Notes under the pieces: model-generated
What the model saw: only the letters and a program-made list of their open reading frames with translations
Databases searched by the model: none
What the model was told of the DNA's origin: nothing
In this document: piece by piece, positions 51,986-64,000 of the stretch
Layout of the letters: every line of letters starts with the position of its first letter
Numbering within the stretch: position 1 is the first letter of the stretch
Source of the DNA: Vicugna vicugna
Lineage: Eukaryota
Length of the DNA stretch: 64,000 bases
Assembly (NCBI GenBank): GCA_013265495.1
Contig: MU058781.1
Coordinates: 3,535,050 to 3,599,049, forward strand
Reading direction: 5' to 3'
Program-made: the position numbers and the translations under genes

Positions 51986-53285
51986 AGCCACAGAGAAGCA
52001 GAATCGTTGAGCTGTGATAGAAAATGTATCTCTTACACCGACCCCATGTCAAAAAAAGCTCAGGAAACACTGAACTTCACCACCACTTATTTTCTATTCA
52101 TTTGTTCACTTATTTACAAAAATTTACTGAGCCTAGTAGTGTGCTGGGCCTATTACGTGCTATCCATTCAGTCTTCCCAGCACCCCTGGGAGAGCCCACC
52201 TTGCTCTCATTCCTACTGTACAGAGAGAAAATGAGGGAGGTCCCCTGAGCCTAGGCAACAGGTGAGTTCACAGTCCTGCTCAGGGCACCAGCAAGGCAAG
52301 GGGGGATGGGGAGGAAGGGCAGACCTTTCTATGGGGAGATGCCACAGAGAAGGCTGCTTCCTGGAGAAGTTTTGTCCTAAAGGCAAGCTTTCAAGAACTC
52401 ATATAACTTAAGGTTTAGAATTGGCTGGAAAAATTATCTAACCCAAACCCTCCTTCTATAGATGAGAAATCAGATTCCAGAAAACAAGTTTACAGCTAAT
52501 ACATAGTTGAGCTGGGACAAAATCCCCAAACCCCAGTTAGCAGCCTGGTCCTCTTCCCACCACACCACAGGGAGCATCCTCGGGCAGCCCCACCTGGGAT
52601 TTAGTTACGCACCAAACCGAGTGTCTTCTGAAGGGATGGGAACCACAGTATGGGGTGGTGACCGTCAGGAACAAGCACAGGGAAGGGATTTGCTGCACTG
52701 TTATCTGTGTTCCCAATGCTCCTAATATGGGCTGCTGGTCAAACACCATGATAGGATCAGTTTTTAAGCAGCTACTGCAATGCTGAGGCAGAGGAGAGAA
52801 TAAACAACTGACAGTAAAAGAAGAATCAGGTTTGTGATTTCAGATGGATCTGGGTGTGCCTGCGGGTCTGAGAAAGTCAGACCACGGCAGCACGGCCACC
52901 CCGTGCAGACCTAACCAAGAGGGGCTCCGATGCTCAACCCTCCTTCCTCGGCAACCACTGCCGGCGCAGAGGACACCTGTCTGTCTGTCTCAAATAAATG
53001 CAAAACTGGTCATCCCGAGCCTTCCTTCGCGGATGTAAGAAACGTCACGCCTGCATTTCCGGAGTTCTCTCTGCAAGCGGAACAGCTGAGTTAGCGATGC
53101 AGGTCGTCCTTTACTGAGCTCTTACGATATGCTGGGCGCTGGACTCTGCACCTGGCATGTGTTATCTCCTATCTTCACAGGAACCGTCTACATTAGATAA
53201 CGTTATCCCCACTTCACAGGAAAGGAAACACAGCGAACTGAGCTAGCACACTTCTCCACAGCCTTACTTAAACACTCGTTCCCAG

Positions 53286-53460
53286 CACGGTTCTCCATTA
53301 CTGGGTAGGAGAAGGCAAATACTTTAAAAAAATATCCATGCCTGTGTTTTACCTGCACAGATGCTGATACACTTGCTCGAGGATGCAGCCTGGACACCCA
53401 GAGTTTTAAGAGTCCCCGGGGCAATTCTAATATGCAGTCAGTCAAGACTGAGAACCACGG
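53286..53460. mobile_element. hAT MITE (MER5-like)
   Basis: cacggttctc...gttttaagagtccccggggcaattctaatatgcag...ctgagaaccacgg, with terminal inverted ggttctc/gagaacc. Confidence 0.65.
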
Positions 53461-56400
53461 CACCAGGGTAAGTAAGTGAAGGAGGCAGAACCTGAACGCA
53501 AATCTCTCCAGTCCCAGAGCCTGCGATCGTGACCGCTTACCCACACGACCTGCGCTGAAGTAAGAACACGCGGTGCAGGCAGTCAATCATTGTTAAAGAC
53601 AATCCCAGCAAGACCAGCTCTCCAGTTCGAGGCTGCCCGGGTTGCCCACGCAGTTCCAGGTCTTTCCACTTAAGGGTTTACATGCGTTCTCTGTGAGCAG
53701 TGCCCACCTCCTGCATTGTAATGTGTCCTCAGATGTCTGCTCTCAGAACTGCCCCTGGGCACCACTCCTCATTTCTAGAAAACTGAGAGCTCAGACGTCC
53801 TCCCATCCCAGGACCGGCCTGACCTCCTGGCAGCAATTTTGCTAACAAGTGTTTTCAAAAAATCAAAACCAGCTATGTTTCCTATTAAATCAGAGAGCAG
53901 CTTTCCATGTAACCAGTACTCGGGTTATTACTCAAACATCCCTCGTTTGTTTTAAGAAATGCGGAACCCTTTCAATACTTTCAAGTAAGTGCTTATGTTT
54001 TCTTCCAATGCTTCAGCTTTGCCCAGTGAGCCCTGGTGTGTGTCTTTCCTGCTCTAGAACCACTCTCTCCTCTCTTCTCCCTACATGACAGACGGGAACA
54101 ACTGCAACTCTCTGGGCATTCAGACAGACAAGAATAAAAAGAACAGGGTTTGGCCTGGTGCACTAGTCACTGTATCAGCCAATCAAAAAGTCATCAGACC
54201 ACTGCAAAGAAGTCATTCCACCATCCACATCGGCCAGGGTTGGTATCATTTCATTACATGATAAGCATTAACATTAAGCTCCCCTCCCCAAGCCCTCTCT
54301 ACAGGGGCGAGGGCAGCAACGTGCCCAGGGTGGTACCTTCAACACTGAAGAGCCACACATTTGATGTCAGTTCCCAGCACAGGAAGGTGAGTGGGGATGC
54401 GTCTGTAGCCCAGAGCCAATACTGCCCGGCCCTGAGTTCAAATGCTTTGCCCTGTTCCTGGAGAACCGGCCACGTTCATGGTGGGATGGACTCCACCGGG
54501 CTGAGAAACCAGGAGACTTCTCTAACCAACGATCCATGATTTTTAACCAGCTGTGAGCCCAGACAAGCAACCTAAGACCTCAAACCCCTTGGGGCCCAAG
54601 TTTCCTCACGGACTCCAAGCCCCCATGAGGCCCTGCAGGTTGACGGGCACCAGCGTGGGCGTCCGCTCTCCTCCTGGGTCCGCCCACAGGTATGCTGCCA
54701 CCACACACCTATGGGCTTTGGCCTCCCTGGTTTCTGAACTGGTGGGGCTATTGGTGAAAAGTTTCCAGGAAAACAACAAATCTGAGATCGCTGCAAATGA
54801 CAGGTCTCTTTAAAATGAAATGCAGAACAGATGCATTCCACAGATAGACACTTATCCAAGGGCAAAGGGGGCAAATATTTAAATTCAGAGTTCTCCTCAA
54901 TGTCATACTTTGTGCAAAGAATTTATCTTCCAATCTTCTCAGCTCCCCCATAATGATCAACCTCCCCTAATGACTTGAGTCCGCCTAACAGGTAACTAAA
55001 CAATAACACAAGCAACAGTCCTAGAGCCGTAGGTCCACCTCCAGGAACACAGCGACGACCTGTCTTATGCACACAGTGCAGGAGATGAAACATGGCCAAG
55101 AAGAGGTTCAGCCTCTGGCAGAAGGCAAAGTGGAGGAAGGTTGGGGAGGGCAGCAGAATTCTGGCAGATTCTGGCTGGCAGCCATCCAAGCCTGCTTCAC
55201 AACCCCTGTCTCCGCAAAGGGCCAGATTTCCCGATGTTCACGGAGTCCTCCTCATATTTACATGTGAATATTGAGGAACTAATACGCATCTCAGTGGGAC
55301 GTAGAGACTGCCTGGTCATAATCTCCTCTTTGCTCACAGCAATAACGTTCTGCACTTCTAACTGGGTCCTTAATCTAAGGAGCTCAAAACCCGAACCCAC
55401 CATCAGAATAGCCACAGAATTCAAATGATTTAGGAAAACAAGCTCTTGTTTGACATTTTTCACAGGCAAAGGCAAACAGATCTTGTCCTTTGGCAACGCC
55501 TGGCTTCTTTCTTCTCAAAACAACAGTGTGGAGCGTGGAGAAGATTTCTCCGCCCACAGAACCAGTGGGGATGACAGCTGGTTTCTCCTAACCAGCTCGC
55601 TTTCAAAAGAAAGGTAATGCTTCTCCCTTATTCCTGCAGAATCAAGAGATGTACTCAAGACCAAGATATCTTAATGCTGTAGCTCAGAGGATGCACCGAC
55701 GAAATAAAGCACACGTCTCATCTTCAAGAGGCCAGAAGCCTTAGGCCACGTGTGACACAGCCTGTCCTGCTGGGTTGCACAGACGTCAAACCCTTGGCTG
55801 TCCAAAGCCTCTTGGGCCAAACACCACATTGAGCTCTGATCTCTTAACAGAACATCACACCAAGGACCCAGCCAAGTATGGCAGCCTGGATTAAAAGAAA
55901 TGCACAGGGTGGCAGAGGGAAGGTTGGAGAATGTCTGTCCAATCACAAAAGGGGGAAAGTGATGCTGGCAGGGACCAAAAAAGACCACCCGAGGGGGCCA
56001 TAAACCACCATGCTGGGGTTTGGACCTACCACTCTGCCCACTGGGCTACCAAGCACAGCCCGTTCGTAGCATGACAGTGAGGCCAAGAACAGAAAGTTAC
56101 CAATGCCACAGCTCTGGGGGCCGTGACACAACAGGGGACAAGCTTTTGAAGTATCCATATTTTGAAACAGAATTTATGTCAAACCATCTTTAAAACTCCC
56201 ACAGATCTAGTCACCTGTGATGCACAAAATCAAATCCTAACAACCAGCACTCCCAGACAGCCCCCTGGAGAATGAGTCCAGAGCATCAAAACAGAGGCCT
56301 GTGTTTGTCAGAGCTCTGGGGACCGCCGGTGGGGTGACTAGTTACACCACCTGGTAGCCTGATCTCTAAGCTGGAGGCTACAGTGTGGTGAGGACCATCT

Positions 56401-56925
56401 TTCTGGAAAAGCCACTCCAAAGGGAGAGCCTGGGTGTGCAGCCCTAGGAGGGTGAAGCGGGGAGAGTCTGAATGACGGTCAAGAGTCAAACAGGCCTGCG
56501 GTGGGCACCAGCTAATCCCAGAGTGACCGTCTCAAGCACTGTCAGCAGACATGCCCCTGAGATTGGTGGTGAATCGCATATGCCGGCAGTGTCTACTCCC
56601 CCAAACACAGCAACGTGGGTGGCAGCCAGTTACAGCAAAGTGAGCCGTGCAGGGACTGGGGGGTCCTAAGGAAGGGGGAGGCCGACACCATCCCACTAAC
56701 CGGCCTGCTGATGGTGAAATGGCTTTGAGAGGCTGGGAGCACGCCTTTGGGCCTTTCGCCAGCCTTCATCCTCACCACACCCCCACCTTGTAGAGGCCCA
56801 AAGCAGAGGTGGCTTCCCCAGTTCTTGGTCCATCTGCACTAGATGTCAAAGGTTTTTTTGTTGTTTTGATTTTGTTTTGCAAAAAGTTGCTAACCTAAAA
56901 GGGAATGCTTTTTTGAAAGAACAAA

Positions 56926-57061
56926 TGAATATATGTATGTATGTGTGTGTATATATATATATATATATGTACACACACATTATATATGCATGACTGGGAC
57001 ATTGTGCTGTATGCCAGAAATAGACACATTTATAACTGACTATATTTCAATTAAAAAAAGA
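56926..57061 (+). mobile_element. Young short L1 3' tail with 10-bp TSD and an internal palindromic microsatellite
   Basis: TSD AAAGAACAAA at 56916-56925 and 57062-57071. Tail tgcatgactgggacattgtgctgtatgccagaaatagacac. Confidence 0.85.
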
Positions 57062-57516
57062 AAAGAACAAAGGAAGCCCAAAGTCAGTAGAAAGAAGGAA
57101 ATAATGAAAATTTTTGTTTTTTCTTTTGTTTTTATGCTTATGGTTAACAGAGGGAGGGGTTCTGCTCATGTGGTCAGTCAAAAACCTGGGCTGATCAAGA
57201 ATCCTTCATTTGGAATTCCATATAAATTTTAGAAACAAACAAAACTTTTACTGAAGGCTAAGGTGATTTTTATTGGAATAGTATTGAACTTATTAACTAA
57301 TTTAGAGGGAAAAAAACATTAAAACACAACCGAATCTTCTAATACACTAGTCTAAAATAACCATTCATTTTTTTCTAAAAATTGACTGAAATTAATTACA
57401 ATTTGAAAGGGAGTGCTTCGGGGAAGTTTTCAGAGTCTACACGCCCTCCTAAATATTAAAATGAACAAGTCACAACTTCACCATCATTTCAAAAGGTCAG
57501 AGGTTCAGGCTGGGAG

Positions 57517-57875
57517 GTCTATTGGTTTGCAGGGCTGTCACAACAAAGTCCCACAGACTTGGTGGCTCCAATGACAGAAATGTCCCGTCTCACAGTCCTG
57601 GAGGCCGGAAGTCAGAGACCACGGTAATAACAGGGTCGGTTCCTTCTGAGGCCGAGAGGCAGAATCTGTTCCAGGCCTCTCCCAGATACATCACCCCAAT
57701 CTCTGCCCTGATCTCATGTGGCATTCTTCCTGTGTGCCTGTCCCCGAACTCCCCTTTTATAAGGACACCAGTCATGCTGGATTAGGGGCCACTGAATGAC
57801 CTCATTTTAACTGGGTGACCCTATTTCCAAATAAAGTCACATTCTGAGGTGTCAGCGGTTTTTAGGGAACACGAG
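57517..57875 (-). mobile_element. MaLR LTR (MLT1B/C-like)
   Basis: acaaagtcccacagacttggtggct...tctcacagtcctggaggccggaagtc...ttataaggacaccagtcatgctggattagggccc...ctatttccaaataaagtcacattctgagg. Confidence 0.85.
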
Positions 57876-57894
57876 TTTTGAAAAGTGCTGTGGG

Positions 57895-58010
57895 GAGAGA
57901 GAACCCTTCCATAAGGATACACCTATCCCCAAACTCATCAAGTTGTGTATGTTACATGTACGATTTTTACATGTTAATCATATGTCAATAAAGTATTTTT
58001 TAAATAAATA
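57895..58010 (+). mobile_element. Old L1 extreme 3' end remnant
   Basis: aaactcatcaagttgtgtatgtta...tgttaatcatatgtcaataaagt followed by an A-rich run. Confidence 0.6.
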
Positions 58011-58124
58011 AAAGATAAACTTAAAAATATATATATAGAGAGAGAGAGAATGAGAACAAATGAATCCTCTGGTCCAGTATGTTTAAGAAATGCTCCAACT
58101 CTAAACTAAAGATTCATTATTACA

Positions 58125-58420
58125 AGAAAAATTTATGAAGTGTGTTCTCCGTGTCAGGCACTCACCTTGGCTCTGAGACTCTAAAAATAAATAAGACCCA
58201 GTTGCTGCTGTGGAACTAGGTCTGGGGGTTGGAATGGAGAGTGGGTGGGAGCGGGTGTGATAAGTGCTGCGAGAGACGCAGGCACAAGTCACTGTGGGAG
58301 CCCAGGGAAGGCCTTCCAAGAGGGGAAAACTAGCTGGGTTTTTAAGTGCGTGTAGGAGTTTGCCAAAGTCATCAGGGAAGAGGCATTCGGGACAAGAAAG
58401 CAAAGGGAACTAAGCACACA
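58125..58420 (-). mobile_element. L2 3' fragment
   Basis: aaatttatgaagtgtgttctccgtgtcaggcact...aataagacccagttgctgct...ggaaggccttcc...gtaggagtttgcca. Confidence 0.6.
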
Positions 58421-60859
58421 TTTGAGGCAACATCCCCGGCTGAGTATTTCTAGATGATAAAGGATAAGGTGAACGGGCTGGAGGGGAAGATGAAGAGGTG
58501 CAGTTCTTAGGAAATAAATACGATGTATTTATGAAGTTAAGGGCCATGATAAATGCAACGTACCCTCCAGTGGATAAAGAAAAGATTAGAGGAGTGGGGG
58601 CTGTGTGGGTGTGGGGGGTGTGTGTGTGTGTGTGGAAGGGAAAGTGCACAAACAGGTGAATCTGCATAAAGGGTCAACAGTGTTCTCTGTACTATTCTTA
58701 TTCTTTTTTTTAATAGGTATACTCTTTTCATTTAGTTAATCTTATATTCTTGTCTGTTGAGTCATTTATATGTTTTTGTTTTTATGTGTGTTTCAATTGA
58801 CAATAAGGATTTAATAGAATAGATTTTAGAACTAAGATCAGCACCCAGAAGCAAATCAACGAAATGAGAACCCTGTCTTAAAAATATTTCATCCTTGAAG
58901 AGAAAACATTTTCAGGCTTAATGACCAATGAGGCATTCTTTAATAGTCATATTTATAGCATTTTTCCTATTTACAGTAACATTTTCCTTTCTGGCAAGTA
59001 CTTTAGCAAAATAACAATTTTAGGTTTTATTACTTGATTTAAAATGAATATGCGCACTTTTCTTATTCTTACAACTTTTCTGTAAGCTTGAAATTAATTC
59101 CAAATAAAAGGGCGGGGGACAAAATGATGCTGAAAGCCTGAGCTGGGGCAGCAGTGAGGAATAGAGGGGGTAGCATCTGGGCTGACTGGTAGGATTCGGG
59201 GGGACGAGGGAGGGTTAGAGCTAGAATGACTTCCAAGTCTCTGGTGTGTGAGCCTGGGGGCCGGCAGCATCCCGAACAGAGGCAGGGAAGGAAGGAAAGC
59301 AAGTGGGCCTGGCCGGACGAAAGAGATGGTTCTGAATGCCTGTCTGGCTTTAATGGTTCCCTCTGAAACCTCCTTCTTAGTAACTTCTCTGAGTGGCCAC
59401 ACCTCCTAGGTAGGTGGGGCGGTTCACGTCCACAAGTACTTTCCACTGATTTATACTTCTGCTTCAAAAGTGCCCATCAGTCATCAGGTAACGGCAGGGG
59501 TGCAGGGCTGCCCCCCCTCACCCAGCCCAAACGGAAGCCCTAGAAGGGAGAGGCGACTCTCGTCTCCCCAGCACCCACCCCCTCACCCCATCAGGCACAA
59601 AGTACAACCAGCTTTCTGTTCACAGGAGGTGCCCCATAAAAGACTGGCCAACGCTTTCCTTTTTTGTCATTTTAGCCCCAAGGAAGGGGTGCTGTTATTA
59701 GTCTTCCACCCAGTGGAGATCTTATGAATAATCCTGAAAAGAAAATGAAAGTTTCCAAATGCCACTGGAACACTCAGACTTCCTCACCAGAGCCGAGAGG
59801 GGCAGAAGATCTGCCTACTCCTCGCGTGTTATTTGCAGCAGCTCTTCGTGTGATTCAACGCCTTGAATCTGCTCCTCCAAGGATAAAGGGAAACGTGTTT
59901 AATTCACATGTAGGTGAAGTCAGTGTCTCAGGCCTGGAACTGCCAGGGAATTCACAGACTCTCAGCGCGGCCTGACAGCCATGCTTGTAGCAACCGCCCT
60001 CCAGTGGGTGGAGGCCTGGAGTGCCTCCTGAGATGCTGCTCCTACGGCTGCTGACTTCCAACTCCGGCTCTGGAAACAGAGCCAAAAGCAGCTCTGAAGC
60101 AGGGGGCTAATTTTAAATGCTGGAATATGAAACGTGGTCGAGTGACCCTTCCGCCCTTGGAGAGCCAAACACTTAACTACCCGGGCAACCAACTTGCCAG
60201 CAGGACAGAGAGCCGCTTGGAGAATCAAACTGGGGTGATCTGGGTGCTCCTGGTCCATGAAAGATACGACAGCCAAACACAAGAGCTCATACTGTCCTCT
60301 GCTGACTTACAGACTCACTGTTCTTGCCACAAAGGGTGCAAGACTCCACCTGCCCAGAACAGACCTCTATTCTGAACAGAATGCTTTCCTAAAGCATTCA
60401 AGGAAAGCGACATGGCTTCTACTGGAAATTCACATAAGCATCCTAAACATACATAAGACCTTGTGTCTCCTTTCAAATGACCTTTCCTCCATCCATCATT
60501 TTTTCCTAACTCATAGAAGGCTTTCCCGACTCGACTCTAGAGAATCTATAACCTCATGGGATAAGGAATCTTGCAGCCAGAGTTGCCCTGATGAGAAGGC
60601 CTGGCAGCCACATTCTGTTTCAGAAAACTCCCTCTTCTTCTGGAACCTCAAGCTGAGTGGAGTTCCTTGCTGATTTTTTAAACCTGGACCATGAGTGATC
60701 TGGCCTCTCCATGGACAGTGTGACATCCGGATGCTACATGTGGCTGGTGGGGACGTGAGTGTGAAGGAAGTGATTTTAATTGAACTGAAGTGCCTCTCAG
60801 ACCAGGCAGTGGAGCCCAGAACCCCGGGGCCATGAGTTAGCCTGGGGGACCACACTGTG

Positions 60860-61420
60860 GTGTGGGGCTCACCTTCATTTGCTCCCAGCCACTTTCAAGT
60901 CCTCAAGGCCACCCCCAGGCCTGTTAGGAGGTGAACTGGTAGGAAGGTCCACAGGACTCAGCACAGGGTTACACCCCCAGCTACGATGGACTACAGTGAA
61001 AGCGAATGGCAAGTAAATCAGCAAAAAGAAAGGGCACGTGGCGTGAGGTCTGAGGGAACCAGACACAAGTTTCCAAGTGTCCTCTCCTGGAAGAGTCACA
61101 CTGGACACACTTAAGTCCTCCAGCGTCGACCTGTGACCACGAGTGGGAGGTGTCGTCGACCAGGGAAACCCATCAGGAACTTGGCGCCCAGGGTTTTGCT
61201 GGAGGCTAGTCGCACAGGCACCCTGCTGCCTGGCACGTGCCAACATTCCAGGTTCCCAGAAGGAAACGAGTGTTCGGTACAAACCATACTGTTTGCACAG
61301 ACAGTTCAGGCACAGTGAGCCGTGAGTACTCCTTAGCGGAAGCTTTCTGTCAGGGTAGGGAACTGCCCGCCAGTCAGGCTCCCAGACCCCAGCCAAGGGT
61401 CAGCCTTGCAGGCTGGCCTT
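60860..61420 (-). mobile_element. ERV LTR (MER21-like)
   Basis: cacaggactcagca...tacagtgaaag...aatcagcaaaaagaaagggcac...ccagggaaaccc...cccagggttttgctggaggctagtc...aaaccatactgtttgcacagacagtt. Confidence 0.7.
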
Positions 61421-62974
61421 TCCAAGCCGAGGAGGCTCAGGCCTGCTCAGCGAGTAATCCGGGACTCAGGCCGAGGACTGCGAATCCCAGAGCACAGCTG
61501 CCCGGGCTCCCCTTGTGATGGCTCCTCCCACGCCTTGACATCAGAGTGGCGCTCCCCGGCGGGCTGGCCCACTTCGCCCTCCTCCCGGTCAGCTGCAATG
61601 CGCCCTCCCTGTACACCCTTGGCAACTCCTGCCAGAGTTCGTAATGGACATCACAGAATTTCTCAGAACCCAAAGGGCCCTGAAAGAACATCTGGTTCAT
61701 TCACCTGGGGGTACAGATGAGGAAAGAGACCCTTAGGGAGGGGAAGTGACTTGCCCAGAATAAGGCTGGATTTGAAAGTCTTTTCCTCTACCAGACCCTC
61801 CCGGCCTCTGACACAGACCAGGCCCCACACATTGGCCTGACAGAAGAGAAACAGACCAGCAAAGTGGAGGCCTGAGCTCAGGGAGCGGTCTGGCGTTGTG
61901 ACCGGGCCTAGAGAGGTCAGGGACAGCGGCCAAAAGTTCAGTCCTGCTGAACAAGAGGCCACGGAGCAGGCAGCTCCAGCCCTGTGCCTCCCGATCCACA
62001 CAGGGCCCACCTGCAGCTGCCTTGAGGTTTCATCGCAAAGCCCTCCACACAGCTGTCAAGCAGGTGGTGGTGTGATGGCTCCAGGGCCCCTCAGTTTGAC
62101 ACCAGGAGACTGGAGGACAAGGACAGCCAAAGGCCAAGCGACTCCCCTGGGCCCCAAGCAAACAGGTTGGATGGTCATCCCGGGGCAGCGGAACTGCAAA
62201 TCAGCAACTGAACAGAAGGCGTCAGACACAGGCAGGAAGAACCGAGGGCGGGGGACGCCCCACCCCAAGTCCACCTGGAGGGAGGGGTCTACATGCTGTG
62301 TTTCCTTAGGCCCCACCTCCCAGTTCTTCGCAAGGGGAAGCAGACGCGTGCTGGTGCGGACTGGAGGAGAGACTCCAGCTCCATCTGGCTACCTCTTAAA
62401 CTGAGGAGGAGTAAAGTCAGGTTTGGTGGTGGCAGACTGGGAAACGGGAAAAGTCAACGGTAAAGAAAGAAGCTCAGATGGGAAACAAAGGACAAAAACT
62501 CCCCGGGGTTCCCTAGGCTCCAGGTTCTAACTCCTCCCCAGGGTGAGCCACAGCTCTGTCTGGGCATCTGGGAGGTACCGTGGACCCTTCTCGTATCCCC
62601 CCGCCCAGGGCCCTCTAGGTCTGCTCCTGGAGCCAGTTTCTGTGATCTGCCAGCAACACAGGCTTATGAATACAGGTAGGATGGGCTGACCCACGCCTGC
62701 AGAGTTCAGTTCTTCACTATGATAGAGGCTGCAGGAATGTTCCAGATTAAAGGAGTCTAGAGTCAGGGACCAGGGGCAGCAGGGCCCAACAGGTAAGATG
62801 TTTGCCCTCAGCACTTCCCCAGTCCTGATCCTCCACCCCCAAATCCCGCCGTGACCAAGCTCGGGCCAGGGAGCCAGGCTGCACGGCTCAGAAGGCCGAT
62901 TCCATCCCTCTGAAGCTTTGAGCCCTGAGCACACAGTGTAAGTCCTCTGTACCTCGGTGCTCCTGGTCTGTAAA

Positions 62975-63280
62975 ATGTCTAATGGGACCGGCCCACCATC
63001 CTGTCCCCAAAATCTCTGGCCACAGGTTCCCAGACTTCAAAAAGGTAATAATACGGTGCATTTCCCAGATGTTACATATCACCCCTTTGCTTTTCTGTAG
63101 AGAAATGTGTGGACAGTCACATGAAGTGAAAATAATAAAACAATGGGTTGCTTCCCATCAGTTCTGCTATCAAATGAGGCTGCACCCAACCAAAGAAAAA
63201 ATTCAATTCTCAGAGTTGAGTTTTTTGGATTTTTTTGTTTCCCCCGCTCCAGAACTGAGGATTAGGGACCGTGACCCTGT
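62975..63280. mobile_element. Possible old TcMar-Tigger-type DNA element remnant
   Basis: The end resembles Tigger-type termini (ttttggattt...gaactgaggattagggaccgtgaccctgta). Heavily diverged. Confidence 0.35.
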
Positions 63281-64000
63281 ATCCATCTCTTCAGATGACT
63301 GCGTGGATTATGCTGGTAAATCCAGCTGCACTCTGTGCAGAACGCCTGCTGCCGCCTCGGACTGCCTCGCTTTACGTCCGTCCCTCACTAAGCTGTGAGT
63401 GTCTTAAAACCCAGAGATACTATCTTAGTCTTTTTTTTTTCTATCCACCCTAGCACGTAGTGAAGTGTTCTGTGCAAGGCCTGAATAAATGTTTGTTAAA
63501 AGAATAAACCTAGTTACAAAGAATTATTTTTCAGTATTCACAACACAACAGAGTCTTGCAAATTCCCTGGAGGGGACAATTACTTCGTCATCTGAAGATG
63601 TTATGAATGTAGAAATTCAGGTGGTAACGTCCTCACTCCTTCCAATTCACCCTTTTTAAAGCGTCCTCAATAACACCAAGTGCTCGTCACTTTAAACAAG
63701 CAAGTGAATAGTGGCGGTAACAGCGGAAGCAACTTATATTCAGTGAGCGCCAATGTGCCAAGTGTCGTTTAAAGAACTTGAAGTGTATTTACTTATTTGA
63801 TCCATCAACCTTTTTTTTTTTTTTAATTTGCCCACTTCACTGATCTAGAAGCAAGGCCGACAACTTGCCCAAAGACACACAGCTAGTGAGTGTCAGCTTT
63901 CAATTTCACGCCGCTGGACCCCATCACACACGGCCGCTCATGTTGGGTGAGCACAGAAGCCCTTTCTGCCTCCCTTACGGATTAAACTGTGTTCTCCCAC

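Larger units (their letters stand above)
6862..64000 (-). other. GFOD1: Long GFOD1 intron; the upstream canonical coding exon lies beyond the window end
   Basis: The N-terminal Rossmann-fold segment (MLPGVGVFGT...) is absent from all ORFs in the track. The region is repeat-rich and non-coding. A long intron before the last exon agrees with the known two-coding-exon GFOD1 layout. Confidence 0.8.

Noticed and set aside
1..64000. CRISPR array, operon-like or other novel multi-gene system
   Set aside because: This is vertebrate intron/UTR DNA. I found no regularly spaced repeat-spacer array, no second supported gene and no intact transposase or reverse transcriptase ORF.

Overview
Mammalian genomic DNA, most likely camelid. 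The species guess rests on short tRNA-derived SINEs of the Vic-1 type and camelid-style L1 3' tails, recognised from memory rather than by a database search. The only coding sequence I can support is the large terminal coding exon of GFOD1 on the minus strand (5942-6861, with a phase-1 splice acceptor at 6862-6863). Positions below 5942 are its 3' UTR or downstream flank, and 6862-64000 is a long intron. The canonical first exon (MLPGVGVFG...) is not in the window. The intron is filled with MIR, L2, L1, ERVL/MaLR LTR and DNA-transposon relics, plus younger SINE and L1 insertions, several with readable target-site duplications (TSDs). All other ORFs in the track look like noise or antisense shadows. 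I see no convincing novel multi-gene system. The best second-look items are: a candidate in-frame alternative first micro-exon of GFOD1 (45266-45302); a recent ~400 bp tandem duplication in the 3' region; a SINE 5' junction with a fold-back/template-switch structure; an LTR carrying an apparently older L2-like insert; and a strong RNA G-quadruplex motif in the 3' UTR. Repeat family names and most repeat boundaries are by-eye assignments and approximate.
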